A stretch of 64,000 bases of DNA from Amoeboaphelidium protococcarum X5. Lineage: Eukaryota; Fungi; Aphelidiomycota. The notes under the pieces are model-generated. The model was not told the origin of the DNA. It saw nothing but the letters and a program-made list of their open reading frames with translations, and ran no database searches. Shown here in pieces: positions 10,575 through 24,599 of this stretch; the first letter of the stretch is position 1, and every line of letters begins with the position of its first letter. Where the stretch lies: assembly GCA_023515725.1 (NCBI GenBank), contig JALDTO010000266.1:2374217-2438216 (forward strand), in the 5' to 3' direction. The position numbers and the translations under genes were made by a program.

Positions 10575-13500
10575 ATGGTTCCTATACATGTTTTGATTAC
10601 TGCTGCATGCTTGGCTCCTGTGCTGGCGCTGAATGCTCCCAAGTACGACCCCAGTGCGGGCAAGACTTGTTTCAGATCTGCTGGTTATTGGGTAAGTATT
10701 ACGTTTGACCGTTAAATTGATCTCATGATGTCACTATTTCATCTTTTGTGTGTAGGGGCAAAACACTGTTGGTATTGGTCAGTAGCCTGCAAATTATGAG
10801 AAGCGTCTGTCTGCGTACTGTGACGACACCACCTGGGACATCGTGATCGTCTCCTTTTTGCACATTCTCAAACACGGTCCTCTAAATCTACCTGGTCTCA
10901 ACTTTGCTTATCACTGCGAGAACACCCCATTTCCTAGCTATCCTTGGCTTCTGGTGTGTGATTAGATTGCTCAAGATATCACGTATTGTCAGAAGAAGGG
11001 CAAGATTATTTTGTTGAGTATCGGTGGTGCGACTGGTAATGGTGTGTTTAGCTCGGAGTAAGACGGTGCTCAGTACGCAGATACTCTATGGGCCATGTTT
11101 GGTGCTGGCAGTGATCCTAATATTCCTCGCGCTTTGCCTGGCTCTATTGTTGATGGTTTTGATTTGGATATTGAAGGTGGAAGTCCTGTCGGGTATACTG
11201 GTCTGACTAATAGGCTCCGTGAACTTTATGCCACTGATCTTACTCGTACGTACTATGTCGGTGGTGCTCCGCAGTGTGTATTCCCAGATGCATACCTTGG
11301 CCCAACTGGCTCAGGGCCTAATTATGTGCTGAGTGGAGCGTACTTGGATTTCATCTTTGTGCAGTTTTATAACAACTTTTGTGGTATACAGAACTTTGAT
11401 ACCAGATTCTTCAATTTTGAAGAGTGGAATACTTGGGCCAAGTAGAGTAAGACTCAAGTGTTTTTGGGTGTTCCTGGCAGTGCCACGAGTGGTGGTGGAT
11501 ATCAAGGCGCTGATAAGGTGCAGTCGATTCTGCAGAACATGATCGACCTGTATGGACCTGGTGCTGGTGGATACTTTGCTGGTTTCATGACTTGGGACAT
11601 TGGTAGCTCTAGTGCCAATATGGCCAATGGTATGAGTTTTGCCAAGCAGTAGAGCTCGTTCCTCAAGGGTAAGAGTGATCCAGGGGCTTGCGATCTGGTG
11701 GTGAATCCTCCTCCACCTCCACCGCCAACCTCATCGACCAGAACGCAATCATCCACTACCTCTTCCTCGACTTCAACTAGAGTGACAATGACCAGTACAT
11801 CCACCTCGTCCAGTCCCTCTCCCACTGTTGTAATTCCACCACCGCCTCCACCTCCCGCGCCTGGTTGCCAGTATAGTGGTCCACCAAGTAGCGGTCCAGG
11901 TGGCCTATGGTATAAGCTGGATGTTGAAGGCTCTAATCAGGATATTGATGCAATGACAACTACGACTCATTTGAGTTCTTCTCTGCGCTTCGATCAAGAC
12001 AAATTGGACGAGCAGTTTGAGGAGGTTCTGTAGTGGAGTGGCTATGATGATCCCTCATTGTACAAGCCATTCACAGGTCCTGATTCACAGTATTTCTGCT
12101 CTTTAATTGCACCTCAAGCATGGTATGAGAAGAATCCAACTCAGATGTTCATTGGTTTCCCTGATCCAGACAAGTTTGTGAGAATTTCCAGCACTGATAT
12201 TAATGTGCGTCTGTTGGATAAGTAATTTGGTTTGTTTCTTGCGTATGCTATGGACCAGTATGGTATGAATCCACACGCTTTCATGAGTCTGTCTGCCAAA
12301 GAGAGTTTTGCACCTGCCGTAAGTCCTAATGGTCCAGATGCTCAGAGAATGTTCTTGACGATGAATGAGATGTCCTTGTACAATCTGTATGGTCTTCACT
12401 ATGGATTTGGTACTGATGCTAATGGTGATGGTCCTTTCTAGAATGAAATGCCTACTATGGCGACTACTGTCAGTATGTTTCCCGGAAGATTTGCTCTCAC
12501 TTATGGCCAATAGTAGCCTTCTTTTGACCTTGACGTCACTATTGCTGCTTCACCTCAGCTACCTCAGTTGCATTCATTCTATGTTCAGCAGGCTCATCGT
12601 GCTGTGGTTTTAGCTGCTCTTGATTTGCATTGGCGTTATAATGCTTATATCTTGGTACCTGGATTTGGAATGCGTGCACCATGGCAGAAGCGTTCGAATG
12701 GAAAGCAGAAGTCTGAGCTTGAGTTTGCCGCTCTTTTCTACTCTTATAACCGTGGTGTTTACAGCGATATCTCATCAAAATTGTGTGGATGTCAGCCTGA
12801 GGCCGATCCTTTGTTGACTTGTGGTATGAATGGTTTTGGTACTCACGGTAGTGATATTAAATCTGTGTGTAAGCTCATGGACTCTGCTACCAAAGTGTAT
12901 GACTACCAGGTGTCAAGAAGAGATTTGCATATCTTTTTGGATCTCCTAAGATCTACTTATCCTTATAGCGAGTAAGGTGCTGCCGGCATCTATGGTCCTA
13001 TCAATTGGAATACCATATTCTCTGTCTCCAATAAGTATTTTGGTAAGTTGGCTGAACGCCGCCAATCTAAGGGAGGAGTGAAGCGTACTTTTGGACCACC
13101 CACTGGATTAGATGAAGAGTATATTAGCTTCAGATACGATTGGCGTCTACTATTGGCCGTAATTAGAGCGTTCTTGCCTGAGAGAGAGTCGCTGGTTGGT
13201 CCGACGTGGCAGGGAATGGTACAGTGGTCTTTTGGCAAGACTGTAGCGACGGATCCAGGATTCAATTTTAATCCTGACAATCTTCCATTTAAAAACTTTT
13301 AGGCTGAGGCTGGTAACCGTTCTTATAGTGGTCCGTATGTGGAACAAGTCACCACCACACCAACCTAAACTGTAGTTGATGTAGAGTCCACCTCTGCCTT
13401 AGAGTCGTCCTCTACTTCTGCATCTGATCCAGTTAGTTCAAGTGTCACATCCACTTCGTCTGTAGCTGACCCTTAACCATCACCACCTCCTATTACTAGT

Positions 13501-13722
13501 AGTGATTGTACTTGTCCTGCACAGGATGGTTTTGCTGAAGTGAGTGCTCCAGGCTTCTCCACAAAGAGATGTCCTCCGGGATCTTTTGGTATTGTGTTGC
13601 GCGTCTGCTCTTAGATTCCTCCTGCAGAGAATAACAATTGTCAATGGGGAGTGGAGAGGCCATATTGCTTGTACAGAAACAGCACAGAGTTGGTCAATTA
13701 TAGAAACTCCACCTCTGATTGA
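10575..13722 (+). CDS. Secreted multidomain chitinase (~1027 aa): signal peptide, GH18 class III domain, P/S/T linker, lysozyme/SLT-like domain, S/T linker, Cys-rich module; intron 10692-10755
   Basis: YWGQN spans the intron. Also 'ILLSIGGA', an intact catalytic motif 'DGFDLDIE', 'GAPQCVFPD' and 'FVQFYNN'. The frame stays open to TGA at 13720-13722. Confidence 0.88.
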
Positions 13723-14409
13723 TTTACTGGTGGTCAGACTGATCTAGTTGTGTGCGTGTGAATAATAGTGTTTTGGATAAGTCAAAGAAGAAGATTTGTG
13801 CTTTTTGAAAGATAATTTAATGAAGATGTATGTTTTGGCGTACACTTTTTATAGTTACTTAATACTTTTACGTTTAAGTTGCAATTCGACCTGTCTAAAA
13901 TATTAAAAGTATATCATAGACTTTGAAAACTCAAACAGTAAGCCACCGTGTTCCCAGCGATTGCAATATACTTTAGAATAAAAAGTATCGGGCCTTTCAC
14001 CTTGGCCATAACAATATCTATCGCTTATCATCGTCTGGTCAATATAACTTAAAATGAGATTTCATTTTATCAGTATCAGTGAAAATTAATCGAACATCCA
14101 TCCAATCACACATGATGGTCCACGTATTACAAAATTTTTCTCCTTTTGTTTACTTTGCAATGTGGCTGACATTTTACGAAAATGGCAAAGCACTCTAAAG
14201 AAACTAAAGACAATGATAAAATCTATTTTGATGCATAAGGCGTAGATGGGATAATTTATTTTACGCGTGCTGAATTGAAAAAGGCGGGTGTCACCACTCT
14301 TCAATACTTTGTGGAGTACATGTAAAGTCCGAATTGCAACCTTTATCAAGTGTACAAGAACAGCCTTATCGTTTAGTTATTTTATAAATATAAAAATGGC
14401 TAATGGGAA

Positions 14410-14703
14410 ATGTATCCTTGGACTTCAAGTATTTATAATTTGTTTGGAAACTCTGCTGCGACGCCACATCGCTTGGTCGCGCCGCGGAAGCCTCAGTTGT
14501 CAAATTGGTTTGAACAAAGATTGATTGATTATGAGGCTTGGCTGGGGCGTTATTCTACAGGCCACGTCAAAGCTGAGGATATCAATCGCTCGGTAGCGCC
14601 TCTTGAATCCGATTCTGGCTCCGTTACTTAAACGGATATAAATCAAGAATTAAATTCCTCCAGTGCTGTGAAGAGACGACTAACGCGTCATGCTGATAAA
14701 TGA
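14410..14703 (+). CDS. Possible small hypothetical protein (97 aa) or start of a decayed gene
   Basis: ATG-TGA frame under table 6 with no recognisable motif. Coding-like but interrupted sequence follows to about 15370. Confidence 0.25.
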
Positions 14704-15376
14704 ATTGGTGATTTGATGAATTGCATTTGTACAACATGATGGATACTACTTTGAGCCTTTAACACTTCTTTCATGACAAAATATTCCACATGTTGTAGTA
14801 GATGACGACACCAACTAGAGATACTTTAATCCAAAAATCACGAGTATACCAATTAGATTTACTGGTAGGGCAGGTTAATTCACTTTCAATTGATAATTTA
14901 CCAGGCATTCAAGAATTGCAATCTCTGGGTTTCTGCGATAATCCTATTATTGTATCTCCTATTTTGAATCGTCTGCACCGCCGACCTGTATTGCAGCGGA
15001 CGACATTATGGATGTCGATCAACAACTTTCATCATCTGAGCTTGAAGGAAAGCGTATCCATTATGATGATGTGAGTTTGCTTGGATTCTTTTGAGTGGCA
15101 GATGGAAGATTTGAACAGATTCAACTGCATCCCCCCCCCCACTTCTCATTGAGGACCACATGATGTATCCATACTTGTTCTTATGATAGCCGCGTTAAAA
15201 GCATTTCCATCAGTTTCAATCGTCATAAAATCATCCGCGTGTATAACTGCTTGTCTGATTGATCCAGTTGTGTCCTGTGTGTACGTGAATAAACTTATTA
15301 ATTTTAGCTCTTATATATAATAGATTTGCAGTCAGGTCTCTCTCGATATCGTTTCAGCATAAAAGCAGACACCACC

Positions 15377-15378
<2 letters not shown>

Positions 15379-15408
<30 letters not shown>
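15379..15408 (+). repeat. (CT)15 microsatellite upstream of APEH
   Basis: Read directly from the sequence; ends about 110 bp before the ATG at 15518. Confidence 0.95.
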
Positions 15409-15412
<4 letters not shown>

Positions 15413-15517
15413 GTTACTTTATCTTCGCTCGCTCGCACTTGTCTTCTCTCTTTATTGAGTGAGCTCCATTAGTGAGTGTCTCAATAGGAACGACGACAGT
15501 TAAATAGACACATTGGA

Positions 15518-17700
15518 ATGGACGACGCGTTTGAGTAATTGTTCAAGTTCCCTTATATCAATGGTGCTCATATTGTATCCACTAACACCAATAATGACAA
15601 TGTATGCATAAGTGTCGATGCTCAAGTCAGATGCTTGTAACAGAACAAGAAGCTTCAGGTATGATTTAACTCTGTGTCTCGTTGCAAATATGCTTATCTT
15701 GTACAATTTGAGTTCTAAACTATGTGTAGCTTACATCTCAAGTACAAGTTCCCACTTTAGATTGTCAAGTACTCAAGGTACCATTGAATCTGAGTCAAGT
15801 GTCTTCGGATCTCGTATGCTAGACATGGTCTCCATCCAGAAAGATGCGCTGTGTGTTGAAAGAGACCTCCATTAATACTACTACCAATGGTGGTAAGAGG
15901 CGATTTGTTGAATTGTGGACAAGTGATGGACATCTTGAGCGTTGTATTGAGGTGACTGCTAAACATGGTCCATTTTCTGGTGATTCTACTTTTGGTGGTT
16001 ATGTTGCTTGGAATAGGGAGGAGAATAGAATAGCGTATGTTGCAGAACGTCTTAGTTCTTCTCCTCCATCCAGCAGTTAAGAGTCAGATGGAAATGGGAA
16101 CAGTGTAGAGGATTATCTGAAAAAGTACTAGTACAAGTAAGATTGGGGAGAGAAATTTGATGGTAAAAGTGATTTTGTTATTGTCGTGATTGACTTGGCC
16201 GTAAAAGGGGATGCTGATAGTGTGAATGTATTGTTGGGACTAGATAAAACTGCTGGCTAACCGTAATTTGGTCGTGATGATTCGTTAATTGTCAGAACGG
16301 TGTAATGCGACAACTACAAGTACGGAATTGTGTATTGCCATAATAGACCAGGTGCATTGTGGTCCATTGATAAAAAGTACTACTTGGAGAACTAGCAGGA
16401 TGGCGATGTGAAATGTTTGTCTACTGGCGTGCCAAATGCCAGATCTGTTCGTGTTGCTCCTTCCAAGGACTACTGTCTGTACTTGAGTAATTAGATTGGT
16501 GGTGGTCATTTTGGTGCCTGTCAATTGATTAAACACGATTTTTCTAGTAGTATTAACACTGTCATTGTTGATATCGTATAAGATTCAAAGTCTGTTGAAG
16601 ATTTCCCTGGTCTCTACACTGAATCTCTTCCATTAAATTGTTTTCTTAGTGATAATCTGGTGTTGGTTAATACTCAATGGAGAGCCAGTAGACAAATTGT
16701 CCTAATTAACATTTACAATGGCTCTGTGACGCCTCTATTTCCTCAGCTCTTGAATGCAAGATCTTCCGCAGTGTTGGATTTGTGCGGAGATGTGGCTATT
16801 GTCTAATTCACTGACTGTGTATCACCGAATGATTTAAGTATTGTCAGATTCAGTCCGGATGGAAGTATTAAATCAACTATGATTTTGGAGCATTCGTTGA
16901 CTTTGAAGAGTTTAAGGAGCTGTAAATTGCCTGCTGTCGAGTTTGAAGTTTAATCTTATCCTGAGCGAGCTCACTAATTGGAGACTATATATATGTATCA
17001 AGATGGAGCTGATCGTCCTTGTATTATTTACCCGCATGGTGGTCCAAATAGTGCATTCGCGGTAGATTTCAACTTGTTTGCGTATGGCTTCTGTCTGATG
17101 GGATTCAACGTTGCCATGATAAACTACACCGGTAGTGTTGGTTATGGATAGGTGCATGTTGGTAAACTTTTGGGGAGAATTGGAGAGTTGGATATTGGTG
17201 ATGTACATTATGTTAGCACCAAGTTATCTGCTTCGAAATGCTATGTCTTTGGAGGATCTCATGGCGGGTTTATTGGTGGTCATCTAATGGGCCAGTTTCC
17301 TGAATTTTACAGCGCCGCCGTTCTACGCAATCCTGTACTGAATGTAGCCACAAATCTTGTCTAATCAGACATTCCAGATTGGTCTTATCTGTAAGGTGGT
17401 CTGGATTATCGGTATCAACATCCTACTGGACCCAGTCCTACTCCGGAGCAGTATAAACACTTATATGAGAGATCGCCAGTTTATACTGTACACAAAGTGA
17501 AGAGACCGATAATGTTCCTACTTGGATCTAAGGATAGACGCGTTCCCAACTATGAAGGTCTGAATTGGTATCATTACTTGAAAGGTCAATAGGATAGTAA
17601 GGTAGAATGTCTCGTCTTTCCGGAGGATAATCACTCTCTGGACTCTGTCGATGCTGAGTGGACTTGCTTTCATGCAACCGTTCGTTTCTTCTAACGTTGA
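15518..17700 (+). CDS. APEH: Acylamino-acid-releasing enzyme (S9C peptidase); intron 15659-15729
   Basis: 'QDWGEKFDGK', 'YPHGGPNS', nucleophile motif 'GGSHGGF', 'LRNPV', 'DRRVP' and 'DNHSL'. GTATGA...GTGTAG intron in phase 0. Confidence 0.88.
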
Positions 17701-17923
17701 AAAGATTGTCAAAGTCTTTTGTCCACTATGCTAATTTTAAGTTTCAGTTATTACAATATTTTTAATGACTGAAAATATTGAATTTGTGTACTGTTTGCGG
17801 GTTAGTCATAAGGTTGTAACTATTTCTTGATTTTTTCGTTGTCCTTCACTTTGAACAATCGCGCGTCATCTTCTTAACTTGCTATCAGTGGCCCGCTTTA
17901 AGCATAGGTCGGAGCTTTTGAGT

Positions 17924-19353
17924 ATGCTGGATTCACACCATATGGAAATTCATTTAGTAGACCGTGGTCGCTGTGGAGTCAGTGTGGAGACTCGCAACTG
18001 CTCCTATCGCCCATAGAAAAGAATTGATGAATGATTTTATTATAGAGAATCAGGAGTTAGTGGCGGTGATAAAGTCCTTGGTCAGCCTGAAGTAACCAAG
18101 GCTTGCCATCATATCCTAAAGAATGAGGATTCAAGACAGTGCATGAGTATGGATTCAGCATTCGGTAGTGATGGCGTCTGCCGTGTTAGCATTGGTTGGC
18201 AGTAGTCGTTTGAGAAGACATCAGTCGAATCGGAAAATCTGAGACGTAGGTACCAGGCGACTCAGGAGGAGTTGGATCATCGTGAAGAAGTGATCAAGGA
18301 TTTATTGTGCGAGAAGTGACATTTAAAGATATCCTAAAGAATGAATGACAACAATCTTCTTTGCGAGAGTCTGATGGCGTTGGTTGGTGGTGAAGAGTGC
18401 ATGCTGGTCGACGTTTGCAGACAGACTCCTTCAAACCAGAAAGCTTTGAAAAGTCTGTGATGGGCATGTTAATAACGACTTCTGACAAATATGTAACCAA
18501 GCTGGTTATATAGATGAAGATCGTTTACTATCGTCCTTTGTGTGACGCAACAGCTAATGTTCAGGCTAACGCAATTGCGCCCAATTTTGCGCGTTGGACA
18601 TACATTAGAGTCAAGTGGCAAAGTGTAATATTTGGATAAAATAGTTTTCCATTTGAAATAGATGAATAAAAGACTGGAAGCGTTATTTGGTGGTATCGCT
18701 TCATCGAATGAGTAAGAGGTGACTTAAGCTGTGAAGAAGTACCTTCGTTGCAGTAGCTTCAATATCAAGGATATTGAAATGCCGCGCCTGTTGTAGATCC
18801 CGGTCGGAAACAACAAATATCTAAAGGCAGATGCTGACGGTGTTATTTTAAGCGATGCCTATTTATGTCATAGAGTCGCAGTAAACGATTGGAATGTAGA
18901 TGAAACAGCATCTTCTAGACTGAAGCAGCGACGCGTGTATAAAGATTGAAAAACATAAGCAAATTGAATTTATTCTAGTAGTCAACTCAAATTTTATTAA
19001 AGTGTACAACGTCTTACTAACAAATTATTGAAGTGAAATCTTGGGTGAGGATGGATGATTTGGATCAGCTGGAGCAGACTTGCAAACTTTTCGGCAATTA
19101 CTACCATCTGCCGGTGCAGCCTTTTGTAGGCGGTCCGATGTTTCATCCTGATGTTGTTTAAGAAGCGCTCCGCGGCGGAATTAATGTCGTTCAGCTGTCA
19201 GGTAAAAAGATACCGCGTTGTTGCCGCAGAAGAGCATCATGGTGGAGAGAAATTGGAATCCTCTGGCTGATATGGCTGCTGTGTTGGTGGATTATTGGCA
19301 CATTAATAGAACTTGCATTTTATAATATAAAGAGTAATGATTGTGTGTTGTGA
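17924..19353 (+). pseudogene. Decayed coiled-coil plus PD-(D/E)XK nuclease-like gene
   Basis: Fragments 'SNEQEVTQAV', 'KADADGVIL' (~18830), 'IIEVKS' (~19030) and 'PFVGGPMF...EALRGGINVVQLSGK' are separated by several TGA stops and frameshifts. Boundaries are approximate. Confidence 0.5.
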
Positions 19354-19546
19354 TAAAAATTGCATCTCAATATATCGCATTGTTTTAGAATTTTGCTTCA
19401 TTGCAGTCGTCCGGCTTCATCTTTGAATTTATTTTGATTGTGCGACGTTGATTTGCAGAAAATTCTTTCTTGATTTCGATCAGACTTTAATTACGGCAAT
19501 CTACTTCTTTGTAATTAGTAGTAACTGCTTTTATATTACTTTCAAT

Positions 19547-20155
19547 ATGAAAATTTTCTCTATAGTTATTGTGCGGATTGACTCCAAGCCTGGTAAAATT
19601 GTAGTTGGTGAGTATGAGCTGTCCTAGTTTTCTTATTTCCAGCGGGGGTCTATCTAGGAGTTTATGAATTTCTTCTCTCGCACACTGGCAGAGAAGACAC
19701 CCAATCCTGGAGATCGATAGTCAGTGGAGAATCAAGAGTACATTGGCCACATTCATACAAGACGTCAGGATCTTAGTGCAGTGCTCATTGCTGATAAAGA
19801 GTATCCTCGCCGTGTGGCTTTCGCTGTATTGAATGAGGCTCTCGATCAATTTCTTCGTCAATGTCCTGATGCTCAACAATGGACTGGTGCATCTGCATCT
19901 GTGCAATCATTTCTAAATAACACTCTGAAGCAACTCATGGCAAAGTATTAAAATCCTGCTCAAGCTGATAGTCTTTTACGCGTCTAGAAAGAGTTGGATG
20001 AGACCAAGATTGTGATGCACAAAACAATCGAGTCTGTGCTTGAGCGTGGTGATCGCCTCGAAGATCTTGTGGCCAAGAGCGATGAACTCAGCACAGCCAG
20101 CAAGACTTTCTACAAGACTGCCAAGAAGACTAACTCTTGCTGTCATCTCATGTGA
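19547..20155 (+). CDS. YKT6: Longin R-SNARE Ykt6 (202 aa)
   Basis: '[13 protein letters not shown]', '[28 protein letters not shown]' and a C-terminal CCHLM prenylation motif. Confidence 0.95.
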
Positions 20156-20522
20156 TGGCATTCTGATTTGACCGTGTCTTGGTAGTAAAATACAGCTGCT
20201 TTGATTTTATAGTTGCGATTAGATTGTTTCGCTTTTTTTATTGGCTCAATAATGATAACAGTCTATCATAAACCACCTTTGATTCAGGAGCTATATAATC
20301 GCTGAATCTATCGACAATGATTTCTTCATCAATTTAAAGCGAACTTTTACGAGAACTTATTCTATCCCAGCGCGAAGCTTTAAAGACTGAGTGGTCACAT
20401 TAGTACATATAACGATGGGTGAAGGCGCGCGTACGTTCGTTGAGATCTCAAACATTCATTCGCCTTTAATTTATCTTTGCGTACGTTCAGAGACTTAACA
20501 AAGACAAATAGTGTAAATTTAA

Positions 20523-21437
<915 letters not shown>

Positions 21438-21644
21438 TAAATAATATCAACTTGAGGCTTTGACTTTTGTTATACATGAAATAAAAATGACAATGTAGTG
21501 ACTTTGTCCCGATGCAAGGTTGAAAATTTTACTTTCAAATTTTGTGTTTCCCTAACCCAATCTTTTAGTTTGTTGTTATTTCATCTTTGGTGTGATTTAT
21601 ATCAATTTTAGAACGCCAGACATCCGAAGAAGTCACACGGTATA

Positions 21645-23396
21645 ATGTGTGGAATTATTGGATCTATATTGGCGGATACTAGTTAGAATGTCAGCGTAGA
21701 GTTGTACGAAGGTTTGAGTGTGCTGCAACACCGCGGTCAAGATGCTGCTGGTATAGTCACTTGTGCATAGAAGGGACGTCTGTATCAGTGTAAAGGGAAC
21801 GGACTGGTGAAAGACGTGTTTGCCGAAGATTAGCTGATCAGGCTGGCTGGATACCATGGCGTTGGTCATTGCAGATATCCTACGGCGGGCGGATCTTCGC
21901 AGTCCGAAGCTTAGCCGTTCTATGTAAATTCCCCGTATGGTATTGTACTGGCGCATAATGGCAACTTGACCAACACCGTGGAGCTTCGTCAGTACCTGGA
22001 CACCAAGGCGCATCGCCATATAAATACAGATTCTGACTCTGAGTGTCTATTGAATGTGTTCGCTGAATGCCTCAGCCAGGCTGGTAAAGTTCGTGTCAAT
22101 GAAGACGACGTGTTCCGCGCAATAGAGGGCGTTATGAATCGATGTACTGGTGGATATGCATGTGTCGCCATGATTCCCAGCTTTGGCATAATAGCGTTCA
22201 GGGACAGGTTCGGTATCAGGCCTATAGTGTACGGTAGTAGGCAGAGTAGGACTCTGGATCAGGGCACTGATTACATGGTGGCTAGCGAGAGTGTGGTGTT
22301 GGATGTTCTCGGATATAACACTGATGATGTTAAGGATCTCCTACCTGGGCAGGCTATCATAATCACACGTGAGAAGATGACTCTGCGGCAATGTGTCCCC
22401 GTAGATCCTACGTATGTATCACCGTGCATATTTGAGTATGTGTACTTTGCGCGTCCGGACTCAATAATGAATGGCATATCCGTGTATAAGGCTAGATTGG
22501 CGATGGGTGAACTGCTGGCCAAGTAAGTGGTCAAGCATTTCAAAGATAAGCTGGGCCAGGATGTCAGAGATGCGGTTGATGTTATTATTCCTGTGCCTGA
22601 TACTTCGCGTACTGCTGCGCTATAGCTGTCATATCAGCTGGGCATCACGTACAGAGAGGGGTTCATTAAAAATCGGTATATTGGACGTACGTTCATCATG
22701 CCTGGTCAGTCGTAGAGGAAGAAGAATGTTCGCCGTAAGCTGAATCCAATGAAGATGGAGTTTTAGGATAAACGTGTCCTACTGGTTGATGATAGCGTGG
22801 TAAGAGGTACGACTAGTAAAGAGATTATCATGATGGCCAGGGAGTCGGGAGCATCTAAAGTGTATTTTGCATCTTGCGCACCTGCCATTCGCTATCCCAA
22901 TGTATATGGTATTGATATGCCTACCAGGAATGAGTTGGTTGCATTCGACAAGAGTGAGGATGAAGTTGCCCAGATAATAGGTGCTGATGATCTCATCTAT
23001 TAGGATTTGGATGATTTGGTGGAAGCATGTAAGCGATATAATCCTGCTATAAAACAGTTCGATGTCAGTGTATTTAACGGTGAATATGTGACTGGAGATG
23101 TGGATGATGAATATTTTGCTCACTTGGAGTAGGTTAGACGCAGATTGAATTCCACTGTATTAAATACCACCGTTCAGATCTCTGCTGCCAATAGTAAAAA
23201 ATAAAATGGTAATCACAGTGGAAGTGTACAGTCTGTTATAACTTCACCTGCACATAGTGAAGAGTCAATGAGTGAAGTATCGTCGCCGGTTCAACTAATT
23301 CAACCATCATTGTAACTCAAAGGTGGCCAAGATAACATCGCCTTGCATAACAACTATCAGAGCGATAGAATGGATCAAAACATTTCACGTAAATGA
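21645..23396 (+). CDS. ADE4: Amidophosphoribosyltransferase
   Basis: 'MCGI', '[10 protein letters not shown]', 'EAQPF' (Q=TAG 21912-21914), 'HNGNL', '[13 protein letters not shown]' and '[11 protein letters not shown]'. Confidence 0.97.
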
Positions 23397-23435
23397 TAAA
23401 TAGAACATATTAAATTGTCACGATATGCAGATTGT

Positions 23436-24287
23436 TCATTTAGAGCTCCCCTTTTTACCTACACTAACAACTCCTGATCGATTTAGTTATTAAAGATAAA
23501 GTTCAACGTTGTACCATAAACAAAACTTACCAATATCAAAAGGCACATACTTGTACTTTTTCATGTGCTTAATCTGCCTTCTTAGAGTTAGGAAAACCAA
23601 CAGGATGAAATACATTAACAAAATAGGCCTACAAGTATCAGAAAACATTAAAATAATATCTCGTACGGTATTATTAGGGGTAATATTAAACTTACCAAAA
23701 CACTGGAATGTCCATGAATTAGAACAAGGTGCATGCGAGAGAGAAGAGTACCGCCTGAGACGCGTGATACCAAAACTTGAACTCTGGCAACTTTCGAATG
23801 AACGGGCGAAACTCTTCTCCAATACCACCACCACCACCACCAGTATTAGTATTAATGGTTGGCAGAGGACTAGCAAGATCACCATCATCCCCATTAGAAG
23901 TGGCATCATTACCCAAGCCAGACGGATCATTCTTAACCGACGGGTCAAACTTTGGCTAAATGAAGGCTAGGAAGAGGTTGAGTAGGTAGATTCCGAGAGT
24001 ATACGTGACCAGATAGAACTGGTGAAGCATCAATATTCTCACAATAAACAGCAGTAGAATAGCTAGAAAGAACAGCCATCGTTCCAATACATGTGGCACG
24101 GTGCGATCAATCCAAGTCGACACTGTCTACAAGCACTTTAAAAAAATGATACATATGACAAGTTGGAACGAACAAAATGAATGGCGATAATTACCCCGGT
24201 ATAGTAGAATATTCTTCTAAAAGCCTCGGGCTAGGCGGGTTATCCAGAAATTTCAGACCTTGACGGTTATATAATTGGTTTCGACAT
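23436..24287 (-). CDS. RER1: Golgi-to-ER retrieval receptor Rer1; introns 24127-24194, 23629-23695, 23459-23530
   Basis: 'YTLGIYLLNLFLAFIQPKFDP', 'EEFRPFIRKLPEFKFW', 'DIPVFWPILLMYF' and 'QIKHMKKYKYVPFDIGKK'. The first intron has an alternative in-frame AG 9 nt upstream. Confidence 0.93.
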
Positions 24288-24599
24288 GATAGATATTACC
24301 GCTCACTACTTAGCTAATTCGCTTGATTGCTAACTTTACAGTACAGTAAGAAAGGTGAACGATTTAGAGCAATGTACAAGTAGAAAGAAGGCAAAGACGC
24401 TCCGCGACGAACTTTTCACACCGAGATTTGAACGCGCTTAAGATTGTTGGAGAACACCGCAAATAATAAACACTTTGGATTGAATACAACTAAAGTTAAA
24501 TTTATTAGTAAATATCTGTGAATTCTTTGAGAAAGTTTCTATCAGTCGCCTTTTCAAGAAGAGAAGGATCTGATGATCATCTTGATTAAACGCAACAAG

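Noticed and set aside
23490-23970. Overlapping 152-aa and 153-aa ORFs
   Set aside because: Shadows of the spliced RER1 gene.
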